From the NCBI GenBank assembly GCA_963850305.1, contig CAWKKR010000011.1, forward strand, positions 192,001-256,000: a stretch of DNA of 64,000 nt, written 5' to 3'. Below the pieces are notes generated by a model that did no database searches, was not told the origin of the DNA, and was given only the letters and a program-made list of their open reading frames with translations. Source of the DNA: an uncultured delta proteobacterium. Lineage in GTDB: Bacteria > Myxococcota_A > Polyangia > Polyangiales > Polyangiaceae. The position numbers and the translations under genes were made by a program. Shown here in pieces: positions 53,190 through 64,000 of the stretch (position 1 is its first letter; each line of letters starts with the position of its first letter).

Positions 53190-54290
53190 TCAGAATTTAC
53201 CGCTCAGGCCGGCGGAACCCACACCAACCCAGGGCACGACCGTCGTGTTCGTCGCGGAGGACGAGTGCTTCGGCGTGGCGAACAGGAGCGCGATGCCGGT
53301 TGCGACGCCGGCACCACCGAGGACGAAGCTGACGATGGAAACCGTGCGGTCGGTCCGCGCGGAGCTGTCGAACGAGTTCACTCTCGACGCATCGGACGGC
53401 TGGCACCAGTTGCTCTGACCGTCAGGGCCGCCAAAGTTGCAGAGCGCGTTCCCGTCGTGCACCTTGCTGGTCTCCTCGAGCGCGAACACCGTGCCCAGGC
53501 CGATCCCGACCGCGCCCACTCCGAACGCAACCCACGTCAGCGGCGAGGGCCCGTTGCTCGAATCCGCTCCCGCCCCTGCCGGCTGCACTCCCGGTGCATA
53601 CCCCACGGGGTAGGGCTGCGGCGTCGCCGCAGGAGCCGCGGGCGAGGTCGTTGCGGGCGGGTTCGCGGACGGGTGCAGCGTCAGCACGACCGTCTCGGTG
53701 CGCCCCTCACCGACAGTGATGGTGCTCACGGCGCTATCCATCCCCTCGGCGACGGCCTCGAATCGGTGATCGCCGGGATCGACTGGATGCGGCACGCCGA
53801 CCAGCGCGGCCGGCACCTGAACGCCGTCCATCGTCACCGTGACCGGCTTCGGACCCGCGCCCTGCACGACGACGCTGACGTAGGGCAAGCGTGGCTCGAG
53901 TGCCGCGAGCTCCTTCTGGGCATCCACCTTGGCCTGCTTCATCGGGTCCGTCGCGGTCGCTGGCAGGTCCTCGTTCGTGATCTTGATGTAGGTCTCGTGC
54001 GCCTTCACGAGCGCGTGGAGCTGAACGTACGACCTCGCGAGGTAAAGAAGCTGCACGTTCGAGTGAACGAGCGACTCGGCACGAGTGAACATATCCACCG
54101 CGTCGGACCAGCGGTGCTCCTGGTACGCCTTGCCGCCCGCGTTCGCCGCGGCGCGCGCTCCCGAAAGCTGGTCGTCGGTCTGCGCCTGCGCGGGGCACGC
54201 GAGAAGCGCCCAGCCCAGCGCGGCAGCACAGGCCCTGCCCGAGAAAGTAAGCGAGCGTCGTCGCATTCCCATGACCTCGGACGATAACAC
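53190..54290 (-). CDS. TPR/PEGA-like secreted membrane protein of myxobacterial kinase operons
   Basis: Signal peptide, TPR-like helices, VTMDG...PVDPGDH (PEGA-like), hydrophobic C-terminal hairpin ending LSGKF. Start may be 54272. Confidence 0.8.
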   Translation of the reverse strand: MLSSEVMGMRRRSLTFSGRACAAALGWALLACPAQAQTDDQLSGARAAANAGGKAYQEHRWSDAVDMFTRAESLVHSNVQLLYLARSYVQLHALVKAHETYIKITNEDLPATATDPMKQAKVDAQKELAALEPRLPYVSVVVQGAGPKPVTVTMDGVQVPAALVGVPHPVDPGDHRFEAVAEGMDSAVSTITVGEGRTETVVLTLHPSANPPATTSPAAPAATPQPYPVGYAPGVQPAGAGADSSNGPSPLTWVAFGVGAVGIGLGTVFALEETSKVHDGNALCNFGGPDGQSNWCQPSDASRVNSFDSSARTDRTVSIVSFVLGGAGVATGIALLFATPKHSSSATNTTVVPWVGVGSAGLSGKF

Positions 54291-54390
54291 GCATCCCCGT
54301 ATTCAAACCCAGCGAACACACCGTACAGACCGCAGCCTTCATGTGGCGGCGCGCCCTGCACAGTGATGACGCAACCCGCTTGCTCCGCCC

Positions 54391-54503
54391 TTGCACGGCG
54401 GCGCCGAGCGCAGCGAGTGGGGTTCGGGCCCCCAAGGGGGGAAGCAGTCGCGAAGCGAGCTGCGGAGGGGTGGGTTACCCCCCTGAACCCAATCCCACGA
54501 CGC
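54391..54503 (+). repeat. REP/MITE-like hairpin element, copy 3
   Basis: TTGCACGG...GAGCGCAGCGAG...GGGGGGAAGCAGTCGCGAAGCGAGCTGCGG...CCAATCCCACG; shares the family core. Confidence 0.8.
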
Positions 54504-54507
54504 CTCG

Positions 54508-56037
<1,530 letters not shown>

Positions 56038-56182
56038 GGGTTCCGGGCTGTCCTCTGGTGCGATGGTACCTCAGTCCCCGTCGGCCTTCAGAGATTCCGT
56101 CCTGAACGGACGACGAGCGCTTCGTACCATTCCCGTCAGGCGCCCGGGCCTGCGGAGTTGCGAGCTCGGGGCGCCGGGCCCG

Positions 56183-56833
56183 TTACCCCGGACCGCCGTA
56201 GAACGCGATGCGTCCGCCAAGAAGCACGGCGCTGGCCGTCGTGGAGTCGCTGAACTGGTACATGAACTGGAGCAGCGGGCCCGCGCAGAATTTCTTGCTG
56301 ATGCGGAGCGGCTCGTACACGGCACCGAACGTGACGATCGACATGGCGCCGCCCGACCCGACCTCTTGGGTCCCCTTCATCATCTGCCGGCCGCCCGCGC
56401 CGAACTCCCCGAACAAGCCCACGTTCTGCCAGATGCCGCCCTGGTAAAAGAGCGGGAAAGCCTCGACGTGAAGGATGAAGGCGCTGCCGTTCGACGTGTA
56501 GCCGTGGCCCGAGACGGAAACGCCGCTCACGCCGACGCCGAACACGAACCAGTCGCGGAGCGCGGCCCCGAGCCAGAACCCGCCGCCGAGGCCGCCGCCG
56601 AGGCCCGTATCGGTCTCGTACTTTCCGACGCCGATCTTGGAGACGTCGTTCGGGTAAGCGCTGACACTGCCCGTCCCGGCGCCCAGGAACCCGCCCATCG
56701 CGAAGTCCGAGCGCCGCTGCTGCGGCCCGGGGTCGTAATTGCTGGATGCATCCGCGGAGCTCTCGAGCGCCAGGGCAGGCGTTGCCAGGAACGCCGCGAC
56801 GGCGAACGCCGGCAGGCACAGACGTCGCGACAT
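56183..56833 (-). CDS. Hypothetical secreted protein, probable small outer-membrane beta-barrel
   Basis: Signal peptide (ALA), Gly/aromatic amphipathic strands, C-terminal RIAFYGGPG. Confidence 0.7.
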   Translation of the reverse strand: MSRRLCLPAFAVAAFLATPALALESSADASSNYDPGPQQRRSDFAMGGFLGAGTGSVSAYPNDVSKIGVGKYETDTGLGGGLGGGFWLGAALRDWFVFGVGVSGVSVSGHGYTSNGSAFILHVEAFPLFYQGGIWQNVGLFGEFGAGGRQMMKGTQEVGSGGAMSIVTFGAVYEPLRISKKFCAGPLLQFMYQFSDSTTASAVLLGGRIAFYGGPG

Positions 56834-56956
56834 GATGCCCGAGACCTAGGCTACCTCGGGCGAATTGAAAAGAGCGAGCCTTCGCGGCGCCGAGCGCGCG
56901 GCCAATCCGCGCAGGAAATTGGGCCTCGCGAGGAAGCTCGTGCCACGCCGAGACTC

Positions 56957-58285
56957 ATGCCGTCGGCCGCGCGCGCCCGCTCAGTCACCGCGAGCGTGGT
57001 GCTCGCCGCGGTCGCCGTCGGCTGTGGACACCACGCGCCGGGGCCGTCCCTCGCGAAGACCGACGACGAAGACATCGGCATTCCCGTCGTCCCCGTGCCG
57101 AAGGAAGGGGGCCCGCGACTCGGCGCGATCGCCGCGGAGACGCCGATCTTCGACCGCCCGTCGCACCGCGGCACGCGCATCGGCACTCTACGGGCGGGCG
57201 AGACCGTCACCCGCGCCGCCGAGCCGTTCTCGACGCGAGGGTGCGCGGGCGGCTGGTACCCCATTCGCCCCGAGGGCTTCGTGTGCGCCTCGGGAACCGC
57301 CACGACGGACCTCACGCACCCGACGCTGGTCGCGATGGGCCTCGCGCCCGCACGCGACGCGACCCTGCCGTACACGTACGCACGCGCCGCCACCGACACG
57401 ACAATCTACTCGCCCGACCCCACGCACTCGGACGGCGTCATCCCCGTGGACACCCTCCGCGCGAAGAGCGGCTTCGCCGTCGTCGGCTCGTGGACGGCCG
57501 CCGACCCGTCCGGGAAGAAGCTCTCGCTCGCCATGACGACCGACGGCCGCTTCGTCGCGGCGAGCGACCTCGAAGCGGCGAAGCCGAGCGACTTCCACGG
57601 CGTCACGCTCGACGACGACCACCGCTTGCCGCTCGCGTTCGTCGTCAAGCGCGGTGTCCACCGCTGGTCCTTCCACGACGGCGAACCGGAGAAGGGCGGC
57701 CTCCTCGACTATCACGCTCGCATCGATCTCACCGGTCATTCACGGAAGGTCTCCGGCGTGGAGTTCTGGGCCGCCGCGAACGAACAATGGGTCCGGCTCC
57801 GCGACGTCACTCTCATTCGCCCGAGGTCCGAGTTCCCAGCGTTCGTGAAGGACGACCAGAAGTGGATCGACGTCAGCGTGGTGACGGGCGAGCTCGTCGC
57901 GTACGAAGGACGAAAGCCGATCTTCGCGACGCTCGCCAGCGTCGGCCGCGACGGGCTCGGCGCGCCCGGCGGCACCGCGGCCACGATCCGCGGCGAGCTC
58001 CAGATCACGGGCAAACAACTGACCGCCATCGGCCGGGACCCGGGCTCCTTCGTCGAAGGCATCACGATCCAGGATGCGCCGTGGGCGCTCGAGCTCTCGT
58101 CCGGGCAGCTCATCGTCGGCGCGTACTGGCACGACCGTTTCGGCATCGAGCACGGGCCGGGCAATCTCGAGCTTGCTCCCGCGGACGCCGCGAAGCTCTT
58201 CCGCTGGGCGGCTCCCGAGCTCCCCGCGGACTGGCACGGCATCACGAAGAAGATCCCCGACCCGACCCTCGTGGATATCCGCTAG
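56957..58285 (+). CDS. L,D-transpeptidase (YkuD)-like lipoprotein, catalytic His/Cys absent
   Basis: AVAVGC lipobox, KWIDVSV...LVAYEG.KP.FATL.SVG, AYWHDRFG...LAPADA..LF.W. Active-site segment reads VGAYW...HGPGN. Confidence 0.85.
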   Translation: MPSAARARSVTASVVLAAVAVGCGHHAPGPSLAKTDDEDIGIPVVPVPKEGGPRLGAIAAETPIFDRPSHRGTRIGTLRAGETVTRAAEPFSTRGCAGGWYPIRPEGFVCASGTATTDLTHPTLVAMGLAPARDATLPYTYARAATDTTIYSPDPTHSDGVIPVDTLRAKSGFAVVGSWTAADPSGKKLSLAMTTDGRFVAASDLEAAKPSDFHGVTLDDDHRLPLAFVVKRGVHRWSFHDGEPEKGGLLDYHARIDLTGHSRKVSGVEFWAAANEQWVRLRDVTLIRPRSEFPAFVKDDQKWIDVSVVTGELVAYEGRKPIFATLASVGRDGLGAPGGTAATIRGELQITGKQLTAIGRDPGSFVEGITIQDAPWALELSSGQLIVGAYWHDRFGIEHGPGNLELAPADAAKLFRWAAPELPADWHGITKKIPDPTLVDIR

Positions 58286-58345
58286 CGAGCGAAGTCGTCA
58301 TGCGGCGGCCCGCACCGCGATGAACGAAACCGATTGCTCCAGCCG

Positions 58346-58514
58346 TTGCACGGAGCCGAGCCGAAGGCGAGTACCGGGGGAGCAGTCGCGCAGCGAGCTG
58401 CGGGGGCGGGCACGCCCCCAGGACGAAACCCCACGCCGGCAGAGCCGTTTCTGGATAGCGAGTACCGGGGGAGCAGTCGCGCAGCGAGCCGCGGCGGCAA
58501 GGCGCCCTTTCCTG
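58346..58514 (+). repeat. Two tandem REP/MITE-like elements (copies 4 and 5)
   Basis: GCGAGTACCGGGGGAGCAGTCGCGCAGCGAGC occurs twice (~58367 and ~58458). Confidence 0.88.
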
Positions 58515-58553
58515 GTAGCGCGCCCCGGCCTGACCGGCGATGCTCGCGACATC

Positions 58554-59447
58554 GTGGCATCGGCCTTTCCGCGCATCGACCGCGCCGTGCACCTGCGCAA
58601 GGACACGGGACGTCTCATGGCCGCCCTCGACGCGCAGGGTACCCTCCTCATTCCCATTCATCGCGACAAGAACTTCCTCGCGCCCGGCGTCGAGCCTCGC
58701 GCGTTCATACCGTCGGCGTCGGAGGCTGCGGCGCTCGTCGACGTGGCGAGCGAGATCGTGTGGCTCGGCCGAGCTGGCGACGCGGACTGCTTCGCGCTCG
58801 ACGTCTCGGGACTCGACCACCCGCTCACCCACCCTGCCCTCGCCGGCCGGTGCGAGCTCTTCGATCTCCGCATGATGGGCGGACTGCTCCCGCTGGCAGA
58901 AGCGGAAGCGCTCGCCTACGCGCGCGGCATCCTGAACTGGCACGGGCGTCATCGCTTCTGCGGCTCCTGCGGGCAGCCGACGAAGCCGAAGGAAGGCGGC
59001 CACGTCCGCCACTGCGCGGCCGAGGACCTGAAGCATTTCCCGCGAACGGACCCGGCCGTCATGGTGCTCGTCGCGCGCGGCGACCGCTGTGTCCTCGCGC
59101 GACAACCCGGGTGGCCGCCGGGGATGTACGCGGTCGTCGCGGGCTTCGTCGAGCCGGGCGAGACCGTCGAGGACGCCGCGCGCCGCGAAGTGAAGGAAGA
59201 GCTCGGCCTCCGCGTGGAGGACGTCCGTTACTTCCGCTCCCAGCCGTGGCCGTTTCCGGGCTCGCTGATGATCGGGTTCACGGCCGAGGCCGAGGACGAC
59301 GTGCTCACCGTCGACCACGAAGAGCTCGAGGACGCGCGCTGGTTCTCGCGCGACGAGCTCCGGAACCCGCAAGGCTTCTTCTACCCGCCCGCGTACTCCC
59401 TCGCGCACTACCTGATCCGGGAGTTCATCGACGCTGCGGGGACGTGA
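58554..59447 (+). CDS. nudC: NAD(H) pyrophosphatase / NAD-decapping Nudix hydrolase
   Basis: WH..HRFCGSCG, FPRTDPAV, AGFVEPGETVEDAARREVKEELG (Nudix box), SQPWPFPGSLM. Confidence 0.96.
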   Translation: MASAFPRIDRAVHLRKDTGRLMAALDAQGTLLIPIHRDKNFLAPGVEPRAFIPSASEAAALVDVASEIVWLGRAGDADCFALDVSGLDHPLTHPALAGRCELFDLRMMGGLLPLAEAEALAYARGILNWHGRHRFCGSCGQPTKPKEGGHVRHCAAEDLKHFPRTDPAVMVLVARGDRCVLARQPGWPPGMYAVVAGFVEPGETVEDAARREVKEELGLRVEDVRYFRSQPWPFPGSLMIGFTAEAEDDVLTVDHEELEDARWFSRDELRNPQGFFYPPAYSLAHYLIREFIDAAGT

Positions 59448-59490
59448 AGCGAGACGATCGGAGCTCTCTCACGCGCTGACCGGCGCCGAT

Positions 59491-59590
59491 TCACGGCCCC
59501 GAGCGCAGCGAATACCAGGGGAGCAGCCGCGCAGCGAGCTGCGGGGGCGGGCACGCCAGGCACGCCCCCCACCAACCAATCCCACGCCGC
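59491..59590 (+). repeat. REP/MITE-like hairpin element, copy 6
   Basis: CACGG...GAGCGCAGCGAATACCAGGGGAGCAGCCGCGCAGCGAGCTGCGGGGGCGGGCACGCC...CCAATCCCACGCCG; near copy of the 58346 element. Confidence 0.85.
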
Positions 59591-59701
59591 TACTCGTCGT
59601 TTCGAAACACCCTGGTAAGACTTTTGACTACGCGGGGGCGCGTACGAGGCGCGCAGGCTCGCCCATTGTAGGGGGGCGTCCCGAAGTCTAATCTCCGCGC
59701 C

Positions 59702-61585
59702 GTGGGACTGGAGCTGGCGCCGGGTTCTGTCATCGCTGGGCGGTACCAGCTGGAGCGCCAGCTCGGTCAGGGGGGCATGGGGGTCGTCTGGTCCGCGATG
59801 CACACCGTGACGCGCAAGAGGGTGGCGCTGAAGCTCATCAAGGGCTCGGTCCATCTCCGGCCGGAGCTTCGAGCCCGCTTCCTGCGCGAGGCTCGCGCCG
59901 CAACCGCCGTGGAGCACCCGAACGTCCTCGAAGTGCACGACGTGTTCGAGCTCGACGATGCGACGCCGGTGATGGTCATGGATCTGCTCAAGGGGGAGAC
60001 CCTCGCCCAGCGTATCCATCGCGAGGGCAAGCTGTCCCTCGCGGATACCGCGACCGTCTTCGTGCAGGTCGTCTCGGGGGTCGGCAAGGCGCACGCGGTC
60101 GACGTCGTGCATCGAGACCTGAAGCCGGACAACGTCTTCCTCGTGCAGACGGGGAACGGACCGTCGTCGGTGCGGATTCTCGACTTCGGCATCGCCAAGC
60201 TCGTCGGCGCCGACGACCCGGCCACCGAGAGCGGCGTGATCACGGGCACAGGAACGATGCTGGGCACGCCCTGCTACATGTCGCCCGAGCAGAGCTTCGG
60301 AGAGAAGTCGATCGATTGCCGCACCGACATCTGGTCGCTCGGCGCCATGCTGTACGAGTGCTTGACGGGGTGCCGGCCCGTGGAGGGCGACAGCGTCGGT
60401 CAGGTGGTGAAGCGGCTGCTGAGCGACGGCATCACGCCGATCGAATCGATTCTCCCCGAGCTTCCGACCGACGTGGTGCAGGTCATCGGCCGGATGCTGA
60501 ATCGCGAGCGCGAGCGGCGCCCGCAAGACCTTCGCGAGGTCGTCCGCGTTCTGGCTCCCTACGCGAGTGTCGGCGCGCCGGAGTTCGGGCCACCCGGGTC
60601 CGAACGCATCGCGCAGGGCACGCTCCCGGCCGCGTACGCGCACGAACAGCAAGCGGAACCGGCGCCGGCGCCCGCCCCCTATCGCTCCTCGCTCGGACAT
60701 ACCTCGAGCGTCGACTCGTCGCGACCGCCCGGACCCGCGTCGTTCATGGCCAGGGTGACGGCCGTCTGCGCGGTCGCCGCGATAGCCGCCTCTGCCGCAG
60801 CCTTCCGGTGGCTCAACACCTCCGAGACGCCGCCCTTGTCACGGTCGGTCGAATCGACGCCGCTGCTGGCCACGCAGGTTCCAGCGATTGAGGCCCCGGC
60901 GGCGACGAAGTCTCCCATCGCCGCGCACACGTCCAGCGATTGGCCCGCGGGGCGCGGCTCCGTGCCCCGCTCGTGCGCCGAAGTTCGCAAGCTCACGCAC
61001 GAGGTGGAGGACGGCACGTACAAACTCGACGTGGACGGCGCGGGGCCCCAGGCTCCTTTCTCCGTCTACTGCGAGGGCATGAGCGACCCATCACGGGAAC
61101 CGGCGGAGTACATTTCCCTCGCCCGTGGGGCGGCCAGCGGCGACCGGGACGCGAACTCCACGACCTTCGTCTGGTCGGGTGGAGCCTGCCATTGTCCCGA
61201 ACTGACGAGGCGCTTCACCAAGGTGAGGATGGACCCCGTGACGATGACGGTGGACATCTCCGACGGACGGTTTGCCAGGTACACGCGGGCACGCGCGTGC
61301 GAGCACGCCGACCAGAACCACTGCGGCGCGGCTCAGGACCTGTCCTGGGGCACGGCGGGGAGCTGCCGCGCCGACAGGGACACGAGCGGTCGAGGGAACA
61401 TCGACCTGCGCGACACGCCGTTCTCGGTCGCGCCCGACGTCGAGTTCGAGGCGACGGGCCACGGCGCCGCCGGACACGCGTCGTTTTCTTCGGAGCGCAA
61501 GGTCGTGACCCTCGTGGGAGGGGGCCGGTGCGGTTCCCTGGTGCCCGGCACCGCTCCGGCGCTCCACCTGTCCCGAGACCGTTGA
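59702..61585 (+). CDS. Receptor-like Ser/Thr kinase with TM and C-terminal GON domain
   Basis: Intact kinase motifs, TM VTAVCAVAAIAASAAAF, then PRSCAEV...EDGTY...VYCEGM...PAEYISL...FTKVRMD...GTAGSC...NIDL..TPF...GGGRCG. Confidence 0.9.
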   Translation: MGLELAPGSVIAGRYQLERQLGQGGMGVVWSAMHTVTRKRVALKLIKGSVHLRPELRARFLREARAATAVEHPNVLEVHDVFELDDATPVMVMDLLKGETLAQRIHREGKLSLADTATVFVQVVSGVGKAHAVDVVHRDLKPDNVFLVQTGNGPSSVRILDFGIAKLVGADDPATESGVITGTGTMLGTPCYMSPEQSFGEKSIDCRTDIWSLGAMLYECLTGCRPVEGDSVGQVVKRLLSDGITPIESILPELPTDVVQVIGRMLNRERERRPQDLREVVRVLAPYASVGAPEFGPPGSERIAQGTLPAAYAHEQQAEPAPAPAPYRSSLGHTSSVDSSRPPGPASFMARVTAVCAVAAIAASAAAFRWLNTSETPPLSRSVESTPLLATQVPAIEAPAATKSPIAAHTSSDWPAGRGSVPRSCAEVRKLTHEVEDGTYKLDVDGAGPQAPFSVYCEGMSDPSREPAEYISLARGAASGDRDANSTTFVWSGGACHCPELTRRFTKVRMDPVTMTVDISDGRFARYTRARACEHADQNHCGAAQDLSWGTAGSCRADRDTSGRGNIDLRDTPFSVAPDVEFEATGHGAAGHASFSSERKVVTLVGGGRCGSLVPGTAPALHLSRDR

Positions 61586-61592
61586 GTCGCCC

Positions 61593-62640
61593 ATGCCGCT
61601 GCCCACGACCGTCCACTTTCGACCCCGCGCGCCCCGTGAGGTCCTCGTTGCGCTCTCGGTGGCCTGCGCCGGGCCTCTCGCCGGGTGCAGCCCCGACCCT
61701 CTGGATTATGCCGCCGATGCCTCGTCGCTCGCGCCACAACGTGCCGCGGTCGACGAGCCCTTGCAACCGCTGCAGCCGGGCCCCGCCGTCGATCCCGCTC
61801 GCGCCCGGATCGGCGAAGCGCTCTTCTCCGATCCGTCGCTGTCGGGAGACGGCACGGTGGCCTGCGTGACGTGCCACCCCCTCGACCGAGCCGGTGCCGA
61901 TGGTCTGACGCACTCGCGCGGAGTCGCCGGCCACGAGACCGCGCTGAACACGCCCACGATCTTCAACTTACCATTCTTGTTCAGATACAACTGGAGCGGG
62001 GCGTACACGACCCTCGAAGAGGAGTTCGACGCGCCGGTGACGAAGACCTTCGTCACGACGTGGCCGGAGATCGAGCGCAAGGTTCGCGAGAAACCGGAGC
62101 TGACCCTCGAGTTCGCGGCGGCATACTCCCCTGGCGGCGTCTCGATCGCGAACATCAAGGACGCGCTGGCGAGCTACCTCGAGACACTGATCACCCCCGG
62201 ATTCTCGCTTCGACGCGTTCCTGCTCGGCGACCCCGATGCCCTGTCCGTCGCCGAACGGCGCGGCTACGCGCTGTTCAAGGACCTCGGCTGTTCGAGCTG
62301 CCACCAGGGGACCGCCGTGGGCGGCGGATCCTTCCAGAGGTTCGGCGTCATGCAGGACTACTTCGAGGGGCGCACCGGTCCGGAGCCGCTGGGCGCGTCC
62401 CTCGGCCGCTTCAACACGACCGGCCTCGCCTCGGATCGCTACGTGTTCCGGGTCGCGAGCCTCCGGAACGTTGCCGAGACGGCGCCGTACTTCCACGACG
62501 GCTCCGCCGCGACGCTCGAGGACGCGGTGTCGACGATGGGTCGCGTCCAGCTCGGCGAGGAGCTGTCCAACGACCAGGTCGGGCTGCTCGTCGACTTCCT
62601 GGACTCTCTCACCGGCACCTTCCACGGGAGCCCGCTTTGA
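61593..62640 (+). CDS. Diheme cytochrome c peroxidase/MauG-like lipoprotein (frameshift near 62197)
   Basis: LAGC lipobox, LSGDGTVACVTCH, NTPTIFN. Removing one C in the CCCCC run gives TPDSRFDAFL...GCSSCHQG...FRVASLRNV..TAPYFHDG. Confidence 0.92.
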
Positions 62641-63488
62641 TGCGCGTGGGAATGGTCGTCGCGCTGGTCCTGGCACTCGGCGGCGTGTCGGCGCTCGAGC
62701 GCAACGTCCACGGCCGCCTCGAGCACGAGCACGCGACGCTCCGCGTCCTCGACACGCTCGCCGCAACCGACGCGGACCTGGCGACGAGCATCCTCGAGCT
62801 CCGTGCGGGAACGCTCGCCTACTTCGATCCGATTGTCCGCGACGTCAAACTGCTGCGCCAGGTGTCTGCGCTCCCCAGTCCGGCGGGCGAGGCGGACTCC
62901 GGGCAATGGCAACGGCAAGCCCTCGCTCGCCTCGCGGCGGATCTTCGAACCCAGGAAGACTGGGTGGAGACGCTGAAGACCGATCACTCGCTCCTCCGGA
63001 ACTCGTCCCTGCACTTTCCGATGGCCGCCGCGACACTCGAGCGAAACAGCGCCGCGAGCCCTGCCCGGCTCGACGCGCTCCGCACGGCTCTCGCGCGCTA
63101 CTCGATCGGACCGAGCAAGAGCCTTTCCGAGCAAGCGGCGCACGAGGTGGACGCCCTCGAAGCCTCCCCCGCCCCCGCCGATGCCGTCGGAGCCGAAGCG
63201 CGCCGGTCACTCATCGGCCACGCGCGGAGCATCGTCGAGCGACGTGAGCGCGTCGACGATCTGGTCCGCAAGATCCTGCGATCCCCCACCCGCGCCGGCA
63301 TCGCGGAGCTGGTCCAGTTCCACCGTCGCGTCGAGAGCCGCGCCCTGGTCGTGCTCATCGCCGCCCGCACCGTGCTGCTGGTCCTCGGCCTCCTCACGGC
63401 GATCGCGCTCGGCGAACTGCTGATGCGATGGCGCCCCCGGGCAAGCGTGCCCCCGGTGCGCGCCTCGGCGCGACCGGCGGACGGCTGA
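62640..63488 (+). CDS. DAHL-like periplasmic sensor-domain membrane protein with no cytoplasmic output domain
   Basis: TM, then ILELRAG...YFDPIV, VETLKTDHSLLRNSSLHFP, HARSIV, second TM and a ~20-aa tail. TGATG-coupled to the peroxidase. Confidence 0.7.
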   Translation: MRVGMVVALVLALGGVSALERNVHGRLEHEHATLRVLDTLAATDADLATSILELRAGTLAYFDPIVRDVKLLRQVSALPSPAGEADSGQWQRQALARLAADLRTQEDWVETLKTDHSLLRNSSLHFPMAAATLERNSAASPARLDALRTALARYSIGPSKSLSEQAAHEVDALEASPAPADAVGAEARRSLIGHARSIVERRERVDDLVRKILRSPTRAGIAELVQFHRRVESRALVVLIAARTVLLVLGLLTAIALGELLMRWRPRASVPPVRASARPADG

Positions 63489-63556
63489 GCCAGGCTCCAA
63501 GGCCTGCTTCTACAACACCCTGGGCGCCGTGCGGCGCCTCGGATAGAGTCTGCCTC

Positions 63557-64000
63557 GTGGTTCGAGACGGGACATCTCGCGCCCGGCGGGGGCGCGTCAT
63601 TGTGCTCGTGCTGCTCGCGGCAGGTTGCGGCAGCACCAGCGGCGCGAGCCTCTTCTCGGCGCAGAACACCGGCGGGACCCTCGGTGCGAGCGCGGGAGGC
63701 AGCGTCGGCACCGGTGGGACGACGTCGCTCGGCACGGGCGGGCAGACCGCCGCAGCCAGCGGCGGCACGAACGGCGGCGGAACCAGCGGCAACGGTGGGG
63801 CGATCGGCGGCGGCGCGAACGGCGCTGGCGGCGGCGCGAACGGCGCTGGCGGCATGGGCAGCGGAGGGGTCGCGGGCAGCAGTGGGTCGGGCGGGACGGG
63901 CGGCAGCATGTCGGGCGACGCCGGCGAGGGAACGGGGGGCACCGCAGACGATGCCGTCGCGTGCGACGGAGTGACGTGCTCGGTCAGCTCGCAAGAAGAG
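63557..64000 (+). CDS. Gly-rich lipoprotein (5' part; runs off the window end)
   Basis: GTG 63557: MVRDGTSRARRGRVIVLVLLAAGC, then Gly/Ser/Thr linker and VACDGVTC. Not in the ORF track. Confidence 0.7.
   Translation, partial: MVRDGTSRARRGRVIVLVLLAAGCGSTSGASLFSAQNTGGTLGASAGGSVGTGGTTSLGTGGQTAAASGGTNGGGTSGNGGAIGGGANGAGGGANGAGGMGSGGVAGSSGSGGTGGSMSGDAGEGTGGTADDAVACDGVTCSVSSQEE

Noticed and set aside
58346..58514. Two direct repeats with a spacer as a mini-CRISPR
   Set aside because: Only two units, and they belong to the dispersed hairpin family seen elsewhere.
61593..63488. 631-aa peroxidase-DAHL fusion
   Set aside because: An extra C in a homopolymer at ~62197. The second heme domain lies in another frame ending at 62640.

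Overview
GC-rich bacterial chromosomal DNA, almost certainly from a myxobacterium (Myxococcota, Polyangia-like). The basis is three intact eukaryote-type Ser/Thr kinases plus a pseudokinase, PEGA/TPR and Cys/Gly-rich lipoproteins, an orphan FliO/FliP pair and a Gld-like ABC module. The centrepiece is a complete, translationally coupled group 1h (group 5, high-affinity) [NiFe]-hydrogenase operon: hypFCDE-hhySL-four accessory genes-protease-hypAB, 23.6-37.2 kb. Its last gene is a PAS-PP2C phosphatase, and a HATPase/STAS-like/HATPase trio sits divergently upstream; together these look like a partner-switching regulator bracketing the hydrogenase. A family of hairpin-rich REP/MITE-like elements occurs six times, always on the + strand, and one copy splits a membrane-protein gene. 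Other oddities are a kinase with an animal-type GON ectodomain, an output-less DAHL-like sensor behind a diheme peroxidase, an L,D-transpeptidase homologue lacking its catalytic residues, and a Clp ATPase with a degenerate first AAA ring. Housekeeping genes: lysC, pheT, prlC, pilD, a phosphomannomutase, prmC and nudC. Many single-base frameshifts, dense at 39.5-41.7 kb, most likely reflect long-read or assembly error, so several long ORFs in the track are chimeras. No rRNA, tRNA or CRISPR array was recognised. All family assignments are by-eye motif recognition, not database searches.
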